Assembly: GCF_006345805.1 (NCBI RefSeq)
Contig: NW_021827572.1
Coordinates: 1-27,519 of the forward strand
Origin: Octopus sinensis
Lineage: Eukaryota
Length of the DNA: 27,519 nucleotides
Direction: 5' to 3'
Of this stretch, positions 10,952 to 22,069 are shown one piece after another. Numbering within the stretch: position 1 is the stretch's first letter; each line of letters starts with the position of its first letter. The notes under the pieces are model-generated. The model had not been told where the DNA came from and made no database searches. It saw only the letters and a list, made by a program, of their open reading frames with translations. The position numbers were made by a program, and so were the translations under genes.

Positions 10952-11203
10952 GCTATACGAGGACCTTTCGTGTATCAATGGATGTTATTAAGTACTTTCG
11001 TTGACAATTAATTTTGAAAATGACAAAGAATTTAGCAAAGTACATTTTTCAGTATTAAGCTGGTATCGAACATAAATTAACACGAAATCTTGATGAATAA
11101 TTTTAATTTATATCACTTGAACTCTATTATAGTATATTTCTCTTGAAATACGCCAAGGAATAATTTAGTAAACAGAAAAAAGCAATTATTTAATTGGTGT
11201 AAA

Positions 11204-11420
11204 GCGGCGAGTTGGCAGACTTGTTAGCACGTAGTACGCCGGACAAAATGCTTAGCGACATTTCGTCCGTCTTTACGTTCTGAGTTCAGATTCCGCAGAA
11301 GTTAACTCTTTCATCTTTTCGGGGTCAATAAAATGAGTACCATTTGAGTACTGGGCTTGACGTAACTGGCTTTCCCCTCCGCCAAAATTGTTGGCCGTGC
11401 GCCAAATATGGAAACTATTA
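11204..11420 (+). mobile_element. SINE family B (octopus tRNA-derived SINE), diverged monomer
   Basis: GCGGCGAGTTGGCAGA...GAGTTCAGATTCC (B box)...TTTCGGGGTCAATAAAATGAGTACCA; homologous to 23262-23580 and 26753-27104. Confidence 0.85.
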
Positions 11421-11608
11421 TGGAATGTTTTTTTTTTTGGAAAATTGAACCCATTTATTGCCATGCATAAACTCTAAAAATACTATGGATTTCCTTATGT
11501 ATATCCTGTAGCAAGAGCATTTCAAATGTCTCGCGACATCAGGTAGCCGATGACTCTGGACGAGCTTTACACTGCGTACTATAGCGTTTTTGTCTGAATC
11601 TTATTTCA

Positions 11609-12005
11609 TCTATAATATAAATTGGACATGGGCGATCGTTGTATTCTTTCTTGTCTTGAGGTTTACAGCCAAACGGGTGGATTCACGTGAAAAATGGCAC
11701 ACATGTGGAGACGGGTGCATAGATTGGAATGCAGTTTGTATTTTTTTCATAACCCCGAGAAAATCGAGTAAAACTTTTCTAATGGGATTTTCCCTCTTTC
11801 TTTTACCATTAAAACAACCAGTTGCTTTGAAGCTGTTTTCTGACGGGGTGGGGGTCAAGAAATTTTCATATAGTTGGAGGCTTCAATCGAAAAAGGGGAC
11901 CCGAAATGATAAGGTTGAGAAACGCTGTTATAGATTATGCCTAACCGAAAATGATTACAGCCACATCATCCAAACAGACCGGGTGAAACCGAGCTTAGCT
12001 GCTAG
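11609..12005 (+). mobile_element. Non-autonomous Helitron (~397 bp)
   Basis: 5' A|TCTATAATATAAA; 3' subterminal hairpin CGG-GTGAAA-CCG followed ~10 bp later by CTAG|T; inserted between A and T with no TSD. Confidence 0.7.
11895..11927. mobile_element. Single hAT/Charlie-like transposon end nested in the Helitron
   Basis: AAGGTTGAGAAACGCTG (reverse complement CAGCGTTTCTCAACCTT) followed by TTATAGAT, close to the nTCTAGAn target consensus; no matching left TIR found. Confidence 0.5.
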
Positions 12006-12127
12006 TTACATATATAAACGCACACATATATACACACTACACTATAAGGCGTTGTAGATGCTTAATTGCAGGTGCTTAATTGAAGTTGACGGTCTTTGCG
12101 AGTTTTGAATGACTAACTTATGTCTTC

Positions 12128-12400
12128 CACCAAAGCGTGTGGCTTAGTGGTTAGGTGTCCTTGAGCAAGACACTCTACTTCACGTTGCTCCAGTCCACTC
12201 AGCTAGTAAAGATGAATTGTACCTGTATTTCAATGGACCAGCATTGTCTCATTTTGTGTCAAGCTAAATCTCCCCGAAAACTACGTTAACGCTGTGTCTG
12301 CAGAGTGTTCAGCCCCTTGCGCACTAATTTCATGAGAAAGCTGTTCCTTTGTTCCGATCAGCTGCAAGACTCATCGTCGTAACTGACGGAGGCCCACTTT
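12128..12400 (+). mobile_element. SINE family C (tRNA head with B-box region deleted, Deu/Nin-like GTGTCCTTGAGCAAGACACT core) with perfect 14-bp TSD
   Basis: A box TGGCTTAGTGG; TSD TAACTTATGTCTTC at 12114-12127 and 12401-12414. Confidence 0.88.
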
Positions 12401-12422
12401 TAACTTATGTCTTCTATTCTGC

Positions 12423-12457
12423 AATCGCTTCAGATTAAATTTACATCTGAAGCGATT
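12423..12457. repeat. 35-bp near-perfect palindrome
   Basis: AATCGCTTCAGAT-taaatttac-ATCTGAAGCGATT with perfect 13-bp arms. Confidence 0.9.
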
Positions 12458-12460
12458 TTA

Positions 12461-12856
12461 GGCGCAGGAGTGGCTGTGTGGTAAGTAGCTTGCCAACCAA
12501 CCACATGGTTCCGAGTTCAGTCCCACTGCGTGGCACATTGGGCTAGTATCTTCTACTATAGCCTGGGGCCGACCAAAGCCTTGTGAGTGGATTTGGTAGA
12601 TGGAAACTGAAAGAAGCCCGTCGTATATATGTATATGTATGTATATATATATATGTGTGTGTGTGTGTTTCTGTGTTTGTGTTGGTCCCCCCGACATCGC
12701 TTGACAACCGATGCTGGTGTGTTTACATCACCGTAACTTAGCGATTTGGCATAAGAGACCGATAGAATAAGTCCTGGTGTCGATTTGCTCGACTAAAGGC
12801 GGTGCTCCAGCATGACCGCAGTCAAATGACTGAAACAAGAAAAAGAGTTAAAGAAT
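12461..12856 (+). mobile_element. SINE family A, full length
   Basis: GGCGCAGGAGTGGCTGTGTGGTAAG...GAGTTCAGTCCC (A and B boxes), internal TA/TG tract, 3' GACTGAAACAAG...AAAGAG tail. Confidence 0.93.
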
Positions 12857-13246
12857 ACCACTTTAAAAGAAGAAGTTATTGTCATAGGACCCACATAGCT
12901 GGTGGCAGGTGGGTTAGTAGCAATAATTTTTAATAGACGTAAATCCGTGAACCATTTCTGCTGTGATTTTCGTAACACGAGGAACGCTACAGAGGCGCAA
13001 AGCCTCACTTCTTTGCTCTTTCTCTTTGTGTCTGGTTTGTAAGATCCAACTCATATTTTAAGGAGCAAATACCGATGGAAGAAATCCTCTCCTTGACTAC
13101 CACGCATGTTTAAGTGTCTCTGCGACTACACGCCTTAATGTGTGTTTTACTCCTTTATTTGAAGTGATGTTATGAAGGGAGCTAGCTGTTATTTCTAGCA
13201 GGGAAATTGTTCTTGTGCAGTATCTTCGATATGTTCTTGGTACAGC

Positions 13247-13615
13247 GGTGGTGGTGGTGATGGTGCCGTTGGTGGTGTTGTTTTTGTATATGGTTGTTGT
13301 ACATGGTGGTGTTGGTGGTAGTGGCGGCAGTGGAAGTGGTGATAGTGGTGGTAGTGGTGGTGGTGGTGATGGTGGTGGTGGTGGTGGTGGTGGTGTCGGT
13401 GGTGGTGATGCTAGTGTTGTTTCTGTTTTGTTTCTTTTTGCTTTATTTTCGTTGGTATTGTTGTTGTCAAGTGTGGTGATGGAAGAGGTTGTGATGTGGC
13501 GGAGATGCTGACAGTGGTAATGATGAGGGTAACGACAACGCCGACGTCGACGGCGGCGGCGGAGCATCGCTGCCGCTGCTGCTGATGCTGATGCTGGTGT
13601 TGATGTTGATGGTGA
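13247..13615. repeat. Low-complexity trinucleotide region (GGT/GTT/GCT/GAT)
   Basis: Mixed triplet repeats, which produce the spurious poly-Pro, poly-Gly and poly-Arg ORFs. Confidence 0.85.
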
Positions 13616-13942
13616 CGAGAGAAAAATTAAGGTGGTGAAACAGAATAATGGCGACGAAAAGCAGTGATAGTATCGTTTGATCAAGAGCTTTCATCTTAAT
13701 CAGTAAGGTTTTGCTAACACGTTTACTTACCGTGTGTACAATTAACAAACAGGTGTAATCGGCAGGACCAATGATAAGCTAACCAAAGAACATAGCCTAT
13801 TTTCTCTCTTATTTCCTGATTCTTAGAGATATTTCAAAAAAGAAAAACACAACAAATTATTTTGTTTTATTGAGTATGTGTTTAAAGTGTGATATGACAA
13901 TCTTCAGTTTTCTATTATCGATATAACTATCTTTATAGCTAC

Positions 13943-13996
<54 letters not shown>

Positions 13997-14212
13997 GTGT
14001 GTGTGTGTGTGTATGTATATATTTACATTTTAATTGTCAACAAGGAGACCGTATTTTGTTTTGCAATAATAACGTACTACCAAGTATGTTAAAGCTTTCC
14101 AAGTCAATACTATGTCATACCTTCTTGTGTTAGCAGTGCGATGTTCTCAATTTTAAGTGAATTCTAAATGAAGCACCTAGAGATAAAGATATATATATAT
14201 GTGTGTGTGTGT

Positions 14213-14215
14213 AGG

Positions 14216-14274
<59 letters not shown>

Positions 14275-14327
14275 GTAGATAGATAGATCGATCGATCGAT
14301 AGATAGATAGATAGATAGATAGATAGG

Positions 14328-14400
<73 letters not shown>
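14213..14400. repeat. (GATA)n microsatellite
   Basis: Long tetranucleotide array; others at 18783-18853 and 19318-19548. Confidence 0.97.
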
Positions 14401-14667
14401 GTATTGTTGACGCGTTTTGGTGGGTCGGGGGGAGGGGCAACAGCCGTCCAAAATACAGCAAAAGCTGACTCTGCACATGAGTTCACATCAAGAATGTTGA
14501 CATTCAAAGACAATAAAGAAATATGTACACATACATAGCTACATAGCTGCATATATGTACATGTATGTATGTATATATATATATTATTATGTATATATAT
14601 ATAATATACACATATATGTGTGTGTATGAATATATAAACACACACACACACACACGCATATATATAT

Positions 14668-14714
<47 letters not shown>

Positions 14715-14866
14715 GTATACGGATGTTATATCGGATGTAGCTGTGCATCGTTACTCAGCTAGAGGAGATGTCCTCTCAAAGCTAAAAAATCTCATCTAAG
14801 TCCGTTTGAAAGGACAGCTATGTATAAGTGGCTATGAACAGTACTTGTTAGTACAACTACTGCGTT

Positions 14867-15009
14867 TACATTATTTACATTTGACAGACATTTGTCCTCA
14901 TCTTCTTTGTTGTTAACACAACGTTTCGACTGATATATCCTTCATCAGGTCTCTTGGGGAAATTTCGAACCTGGATTCTCGTTCCTAAGGTATTTTTCGA
15001 TGCTATTAC

Positions 15010-15070
<61 letters not shown>

Positions 15071-15120
15071 TTATAATTATTACTGTTATTATTATTATTA
15101 TTATTATTATTGCTGTTATT

Positions 15121-15201
<81 letters not shown>

Positions 15202-15360
15202 GTTGTTGTTGTTGATGTTATTATTGTTGTTGTTGTCGTCGTCGTCGTTATTGTTGTTATTGTTGTTGTTGTTATTATTATTATTCAGGTTGCTACTTTG
15301 AATCGAACTCGGAATTTTGGGGTTAGTAACTCGCGCTCTTAACCACTACTCCATATGTCC
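14867..15360 (-). mobile_element. Putative non-autonomous element: tRNA-derived Pol III head + (AAT/AAC)n spacer + hammerhead-containing tail
   Basis: Head at 15360-15283 with A box TGGAGTAGTGG and B box GAGTTCGATTC; triplet tract 15282-15004; unique tail 15003-14867 containing CUGAUGA...GAAACGUU and ending TGTAAATAATGTAAA. Confidence 0.7.
14916..14952 (-). ncRNA. Minimal hammerhead ribozyme motif (decayed)
   Basis: Minus strand AGAC-CUGAUGA-A-GGAUAUAUCAGUC-GAAA-C-GUU-GUGU. The core nucleotides are intact with a palindromic AACGUU stem III; stem I pairs 3 of 4; stem II is weak, possibly shortened by deletion. Confidence 0.65.
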
Positions 15361-15362
15361 AT

Positions 15363-15420
15363 AGAGACGCGGGCTAATAACCCAAAGATTTCGAATTCGA
15401 TTCCAAGCAATGGCCTGAAT
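15363..15420 (+). mobile_element. Inverted, 5'-truncated copy of the tRNA-derived head, followed by (AAT)n
   Basis: CGCGGGCTAATAACCCAAAGATTTCGAATTCGATTCCAAGCAATGGCCTGAAT versus the minus copy CGCGAGTTACTAACCCCAAAATTCCGAGTTCGATTCAAAGTAGCAACCTGAAT. Confidence 0.8.
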
Positions 15421-15430
15421 GATGATGATG

Positions 15431-15497
<67 letters not shown>

Positions 15498-15544
15498 TAA
15501 TAATAATAATAATAATGATAATAATAATAATAATAATAATAATA

Positions 15545-16140
15545 AACTGGTGGGAACACAAACCACCTCCAGTGCTTGAAAATGACCCCATCTCACTCCT
15601 CTGGAACTTCACCATTCAAACTGACAGGAAGATAGATGCAAACAGGCCAGACATCATATTGAACGACTTCAGACAAAGAACATGCCTCCTCATTGATATG
15701 ACTGTCCCAATCGATATAAACGTATCTGTCAAGACCTACCAAAACCTGAGCAAATATAAAGATCTTGAAATAGGAATCAGCAAAATGTGGAAGCTGAAGA
15801 CTAAAACAATACCTGCTGTCATAGGTGCCTTGGGAATGATAGCAAAAGGGGCTGATTGCTACCTAACTCAGATACCAGGAAACCTTAAAATGGCAGAAAT
15901 TCAAAAGATAGTGCTCATGGGAACTGCTCACATCCTACGCAAAATACTTTCTATGTAATCTCAAGGTTTAAAACAAACATAATTTTCGTTTTATTTTTAG
16001 GCATTCACTAGTACAAAACCAAAAAAATTTTATATATATATGGCACACTAGGCATGAACTTCCAGCCTGTTGTCTCTTGAGGTCTCTGGGTGAGACTTGG
16101 AGCCAACTTGTACAAATATAAAGCAAAAGTCAAACATAGA
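15545..16140 (+). mobile_element. 5'-truncated R4/Dong-clade non-LTR retrotransposon (restriction-like endonuclease domain + 3' UTR) inserted in (AAT)n
   Basis: Open frame 15545-15958: WNFTIQTDRKIDANRPDII...IDMTVP...KYKDL...MW......PAVIGALG...IQKIVLMGTAHILRKIL*, a PD-(D/E)xK RLE C-terminus typical of R4/Dong; (AAT)n on both sides. Confidence 0.9.
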
Positions 16141-16218
16141 ATTATAATAATAATAATAAAAATGATAATAATAATAATAATAAGAATAATAATAATAATA
16201 ATGATGATAATAATAATA

Positions 16219-16263
<45 letters not shown>

Positions 16264-16552
16264 TAACTACGAACATTACTTGTTAGTATAGCTACTGCGT
16301 TGATCTCTAAGAGAGATTTTAGGACTAGCATTTTTGATGGTTGCAAAATCAACCTAAGTACGTCGCTTGAAATTGTATATAATGCGAGCAAAATCGAGTT
16401 GCTGCCATCTCTAGCGTTCCATTGCCCTGCTAACATGTTGGGCCAGAGATATAGGCCTTTAGTTTTTAGCATCTGCTCTGATCCTTCTTTTATGGACATG
16501 GCCACTATATAGTACAGTAGATATGAAAGTCAATAAAGTCATGTCAATAATA

Positions 16553-16730
16553 CTAGCCACTACACATTCTTTATTTTCTCTCATTGTTTCTTTCTGTGTT
16601 CCTTCCTGTGGAAGAGCGTAGGCTCGAAACGTTAAACACTTTTGTACTTCCCGAGCGTTAAACTAATACATCTGTTTGTTGTCTACACCACCTGTCCTTT
16701 GTCTTTTGGGGGGTTTTGGTGAATTCTCCA
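16553..16730 (+). mobile_element. Short Penelope-like terminal remnant with variant hammerhead motif (16603-16636)
   Basis: CUGUGGA-A-GAGC(GUAG)GCUC-GAAA-C-GUU-AAA: perfect stem II and 3' core, but core A6 is U and stem I is weak; the segment ends at a TA tract. Confidence 0.5.
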
Positions 16731-17769
16731 TATATATATATGTATATATTATGTATATATATATATATATATATATATCTATATATATATATATATTATA
16801 TAATACTATATATATATATATATACATCATACATACATATTATATATATATATATAATATATATATATATGCATACGTACATGTATATATACAAACATAT
16901 GTATTTACGTACAAATTATATATGTATGTGTTTGTGTCAATATCAGTACATACATGTGTAGTTGTTTTTATCTCTTATATAATGTCCATAGAATACTAGC
17001 AATTTATAAGAATCTCTTGATAAGACAGCTGAAAATTGCATGGCGAAACCCGGATTAAAGACGCCTTCTAATCTTGTGCATTAGATTTTTTCGTATGCAA
17101 GAACCATTAGTTATCGTCTTTGAGTAATTTTGAATGGTTTTTCACTAAACACCGTTCGAATTTACCATTCTTGTTCTATAGAGTGAATAAATGACTTTCA
17201 ACAACTTTTAGATATGTTTTACGTGAGCGTACACACTCTCGATTTAGCGGGAGTTAAATGAAGGAACTAATCGTTTCGTTCTGATGCGACGTCTGTGGTT
17301 AATCTCAAAGCACAAAAAAGCTAAATATATTTATTTAGTTTATGCGTTTAAACTTATACATTTTTATACATAAACACGTTGTCGGTGCATTGGTAAATAT
17401 AATAAACACACACCCATACACACACGCAGAAAATGAACTTGTATATAGTGATCAGGTGCACTATAACACGAAAAAAAAACCCCAGAAGAAACCAGAGTGA
17501 GGACATCAGATATGGTCTTGGTGAATGTCAGGAAGCAGGAAACTTTCCAAGGATGTTCTCTTGACAGCGAACAACTGATGCAGCTAGTTTATTCCAGCCA
17601 GGCTTCAGTAATTCTGAGCGTGAGAAAAATATTAGCATATATCTGATATATATATATGTGTATGTATGTATGTATGTATTTATGTATGTATGTATGTATG
17701 TAGTTATGTATGTATGTATGTGTGTATGTATGTATGTATGTATGTGTATGTATGTATGTAAGCACGTAT

Positions 17770-17801
<32 letters not shown>

Positions 17802-17870
17802 ATATATGTATGTATAATATATATCAAATATATGCTAATTCATATGTATATATATCTATATCTATCTATC

Positions 17871-17902
<32 letters not shown>

Positions 17903-17908
17903 GTTGCG

Positions 17909-18199
17909 TTAATAAAATAGGAGATGGAATGTGTAATAGAATTTTTGTGGTACAACACACGATTCAACCCTTTCTGGGTCTCTTCAAGTTCATCAATAAA
18001 AACTCTCGCTCAGAGATTTGTTGAGCCGGCTTACGTACTGCTATATGTCCATCAAATTCGGCATATAGCGGCACATAAGCCGACTCAACAAATCTCTAAT
18101 GATACATTCTATTGCTGTACCTGAAGAGATCCAGAACGGGTCGAAACATGTGTTGTACCCAATAAAGTCTGTTACACATTCCATCTCCTATTTTATTAA
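17909..18199. mobile_element. ~290-bp foldback element with one hammerhead per arm (Penelope-like inverted pLTR or retrozyme-like)
   Basis: 17909-17992 pairs with 18116-18199 and 18012-18049 pairs with 18060-18097; central loop about 10 nt. Confidence 0.85.
18111..18163 (+). ncRNA. Type I hammerhead ribozyme, apparently intact
   Basis: AUUG-cu-GUAC / CUGAAGA (18121-27) / GAUCC(AGAAC)GGGUC / GAAA (18143-46) / C-AUGU-G / UU / GUAC-c-CAAU. All conserved core nucleotides are present; predicted cleavage after GUU at 18154. Confidence 0.85.
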
Positions 18200-18391
18200 T
18201 ACTGTTACCCCAACCGTAACTACGAAGTTCCTGCAATAAATCTACGGATAACAACAGGGAATCGAAACCGTGCCGGTGCTTTACTCATCATCCATTTATA
18301 TAGCTTGTATAATTTCTCCATTATATATATATATATATATAGAAAGAGACAGAGAAAGAGAGAGGCAGAGAGACAGACAGACAGATATACA

Positions 18392-18427
<36 letters not shown>

Positions 18428-18720
18428 CTATATATATATACACACACGTAGATAAGCAGACAGACAAATAAATGGATAGATAGATAGATAGATAGATAGA
18501 TAGGTATGCATATATGCATGTATATTGATATATGTTCATCTGTATAAGTATACCTTTGTAATTATAAAGGTATACGTATATATATAACGTGTATACATAT
18601 ACGTATATATATATATATATATATATTATATATTATATATATATATACGTATATGTATATATCTATATATATATATGTATACGTATATATATATATATTA
18701 TATACATATATATATGCATA

Positions 18721-18761
<41 letters not shown>

Positions 18762-18781
18762 CTGCGTGTGCGTGTAAAAGA

Positions 18782-18854
<73 letters not shown>

Positions 18855-19109
18855 CACAGATAAATAGATATATTTATACATACATACACACGTATTGACA
18901 GGGATATTAATTTATAAATGGCGTCTAAACGTACGAATACGAATATAAAACTTCAAGTTGAATCTCTACGTCTGTAATACTTCAATACCGTCAAAAAGGC
19001 ACAACACACGTACAGGACCGCTCGCCGAGATTAAAGCCGATCCGCTTATAGGCTTATTGCCAGACAAACATAATTCACAAACATACACTGGTTTATTCAA
19101 ACATGCACG

Positions 19110-19149
<40 letters not shown>

Positions 19150-19235
19150 TGTATGTGTGTGTACGTGTGTGTGTATTAAGAAACACACATTGGAGAAAGT
19201 GGCTGTCATCTTAAATTCACTCATATTCACCCACA

Positions 19236-19270
<35 letters not shown>

Positions 19271-19331
19271 CATATCTGCGCGTACATATGCACAGTATGC
19301 ATGTGTGTCTATATATGTAGATAGATAGATC

Positions 19332-19381
<50 letters not shown>

Positions 19382-19389
19382 CAGACTGA

Positions 19390-19431
<42 letters not shown>

Positions 19432-19463
19432 AGATAGATAGATAGATAGAATAGACAGAAGAC

Positions 19464-19548
<85 letters not shown>

Positions 19549-19599
19549 TCACACATATAGATATAAATATATACACAGAAAAACAATGAAAAACAATCC

Positions 19600-20800
19600 C
19601 ATATTCACATACATTCACACTCAATGGTATAAAACACAAGCAGAATCACATTGAGATATAACCACACACACACACACATTCACATACAGACATACACAAT
19701 TAGATATGCACACAATCATTTATAGACACACACACACGGGAATATACGGGTACTTGCAAACACACATATACACACATACATAAACATATAGACACACACT
19801 TATCTACACATTAGCACCTATAAAGGCACACATTCACGCATAGAGACATAATCATACATACACATACATTGGCTTATAGACACATACAACCACAAACACA
19901 TACACAGTCGTATATACTTGGACACTTACACATTCATACAAAGTCGTATGTACACATGCATTAACTGAAACGCACATGGTCACACATACACACACTTATA
20001 AGTACATATACACGCAATCACATACACACATAATCATATATGGACGCACTTACACACACATACAGAATATCTCACACAGTCTATGTATATACACATTAAA
20101 CATAGACACACACAGCCATACGCGCACACATTCACTTATGCATGCAGATTAAGAGTGACACAACACCGTCACTCATACATACACATTCATGCACACACAC
20201 ACACACACACAAACGTACATTAACACTTAGATATACACAACCACATACACACGCACATATATATATATATATGTGTAATCACACAGAGATACACAATCAC
20301 CACACATACACACACACACATACACACACACGAACACTTAGATACACACAACTATATATATATACACATACATAAATACACAGTGATACACAATCACATA
20401 TGCATACACACAAACTAACACTTAGACACACACACACACACACACTTACGAAAACTTAGATTCACACGACTATATATACATACACATACATAAACACACG
20501 GAGATACCTAACCACATATGCATGCACACAAACACACACACATATATACGCGCGCACAACACACACAAATACGTACACATATATTCAAGCACAATCATAC
20601 ATACGCAACCATATACACGCACATTTGATACAGACATAGACAACCATATATATACACACACACACGTATACATAAAAATACATTCAATCACATATACATG
20701 CAGTTATACATACACAAACATTGACACACAAGCCAGCACAGTCACACACACAGATATATATGCACAAGCGTTATCACACATACACACATACACACACAAA
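19600..20800. repeat. Long degenerate CA-rich simple-sequence region
   Basis: About 1.2 kb of interrupted (CA)n/(CATA)n with recurring ACACTTAGA and CACAATCA units. Confidence 0.9.
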
Positions 20801-21417
20801 TGTACCCACCTTCTCACAAAGAAAGAATTGTTTTAATTATTTTATTCCGGATATCTGTGACGTTATCGATATAACAGAGAAAGCCATTTTTTCCGCTATT
20901 TTCCCGCCATAATCAAAGAACAAAAATGGCGAATTTTCACAAAGAAAAACTGAAAAACAGAAAAGAAAAAGGAAAGGAAAAAATGGCAAATCTAGAAAAG
21001 CATGGAGTAAAAATCTATGATCTCACTATTCTGTATGATAAACAGATGGGAGATGAACAGATATACGATGATAAGCCTGAACTATAAACGAAATGAAAAA
21101 TGTAAGTTAAAACCATATTGTCAAAATAGAGCAAGCAGACTAACATTGAATGGGAAACGATTTGATAGGAAGATGCAGTAAACATTTAATCGACACACAC
21201 ACACACACACACACGCATGCGCACACGCACACATCCAGACACGTACGTTGATACGTGCTCGTACGTACACAGATGAAGATGCATGCATACGTGCGCGTTC
21301 GCTTGCATGCTTCGTATAAACATAAGCATCTGATGTGTTTGTGTGTGTGTCTCTCTAGATGTTCGCTACATCTCTATAAAATCCTTTTCCATTATGTGAT
21401 ATATATACTTAAGCGTG

Positions 21418-21448
<31 letters not shown>

Positions 21449-21506
21449 CTATGTTTATATGTATATATATACATTATATATATAGACATTACACATATAT
21501 AGACAT

Positions 21507-21538
<32 letters not shown>

Positions 21539-21550
21539 CATTATATATAT

Positions 21551-21605
21551 ATACATATTATTCGTATTTCTGTGTGTGTAACTGTCCCTATATTTATATT
21601 GGATG

Positions 21606-21641
<36 letters not shown>

Positions 21642-22006
21642 ATAAGAGAGAGAGAGAGAGAGAGAGAGAGATACATTTATATATATATATTCATATATTC
21701 ATATACATAACCATATTTACATATATATATACACGCGTACATATATACATAAATTTACATGAATATATATGAATATATAATGTCTATATATATGTAATGT
21801 CTATATATATAATGTGCATATATACTATATATATATAATATATATATATCTATATATAGCACATTATATATATAGACATTACCATATATAGACATTACTA
21901 TATTCATATATATTCATTAAATTTATGTATATATGTACGCGTGTATATATATATATGTAAATATGGTTATGTATATGAATATATGAATATATATATATAT
22001 AAATGT

Positions 22007-22069
<63 letters not shown>

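Noticed and set aside
13097-13684. 195-aa proline/arginine/threonine-rich ORF
   Set aside because: Built from triplet repeats that are open in several frames on both strands; no domain or splice support.
15283-15360. Functional tRNA gene
   Set aside because: A and B boxes are present but acceptor and T stems do not pair; it is a tRNA-derived element head.
15419-15544. Poly-Ile/Met N-terminus of the 179-aa ORF
   Set aside because: This is the (GAT)/(AAT)n target tract fused in frame to a truncated LINE, not a real protein start.
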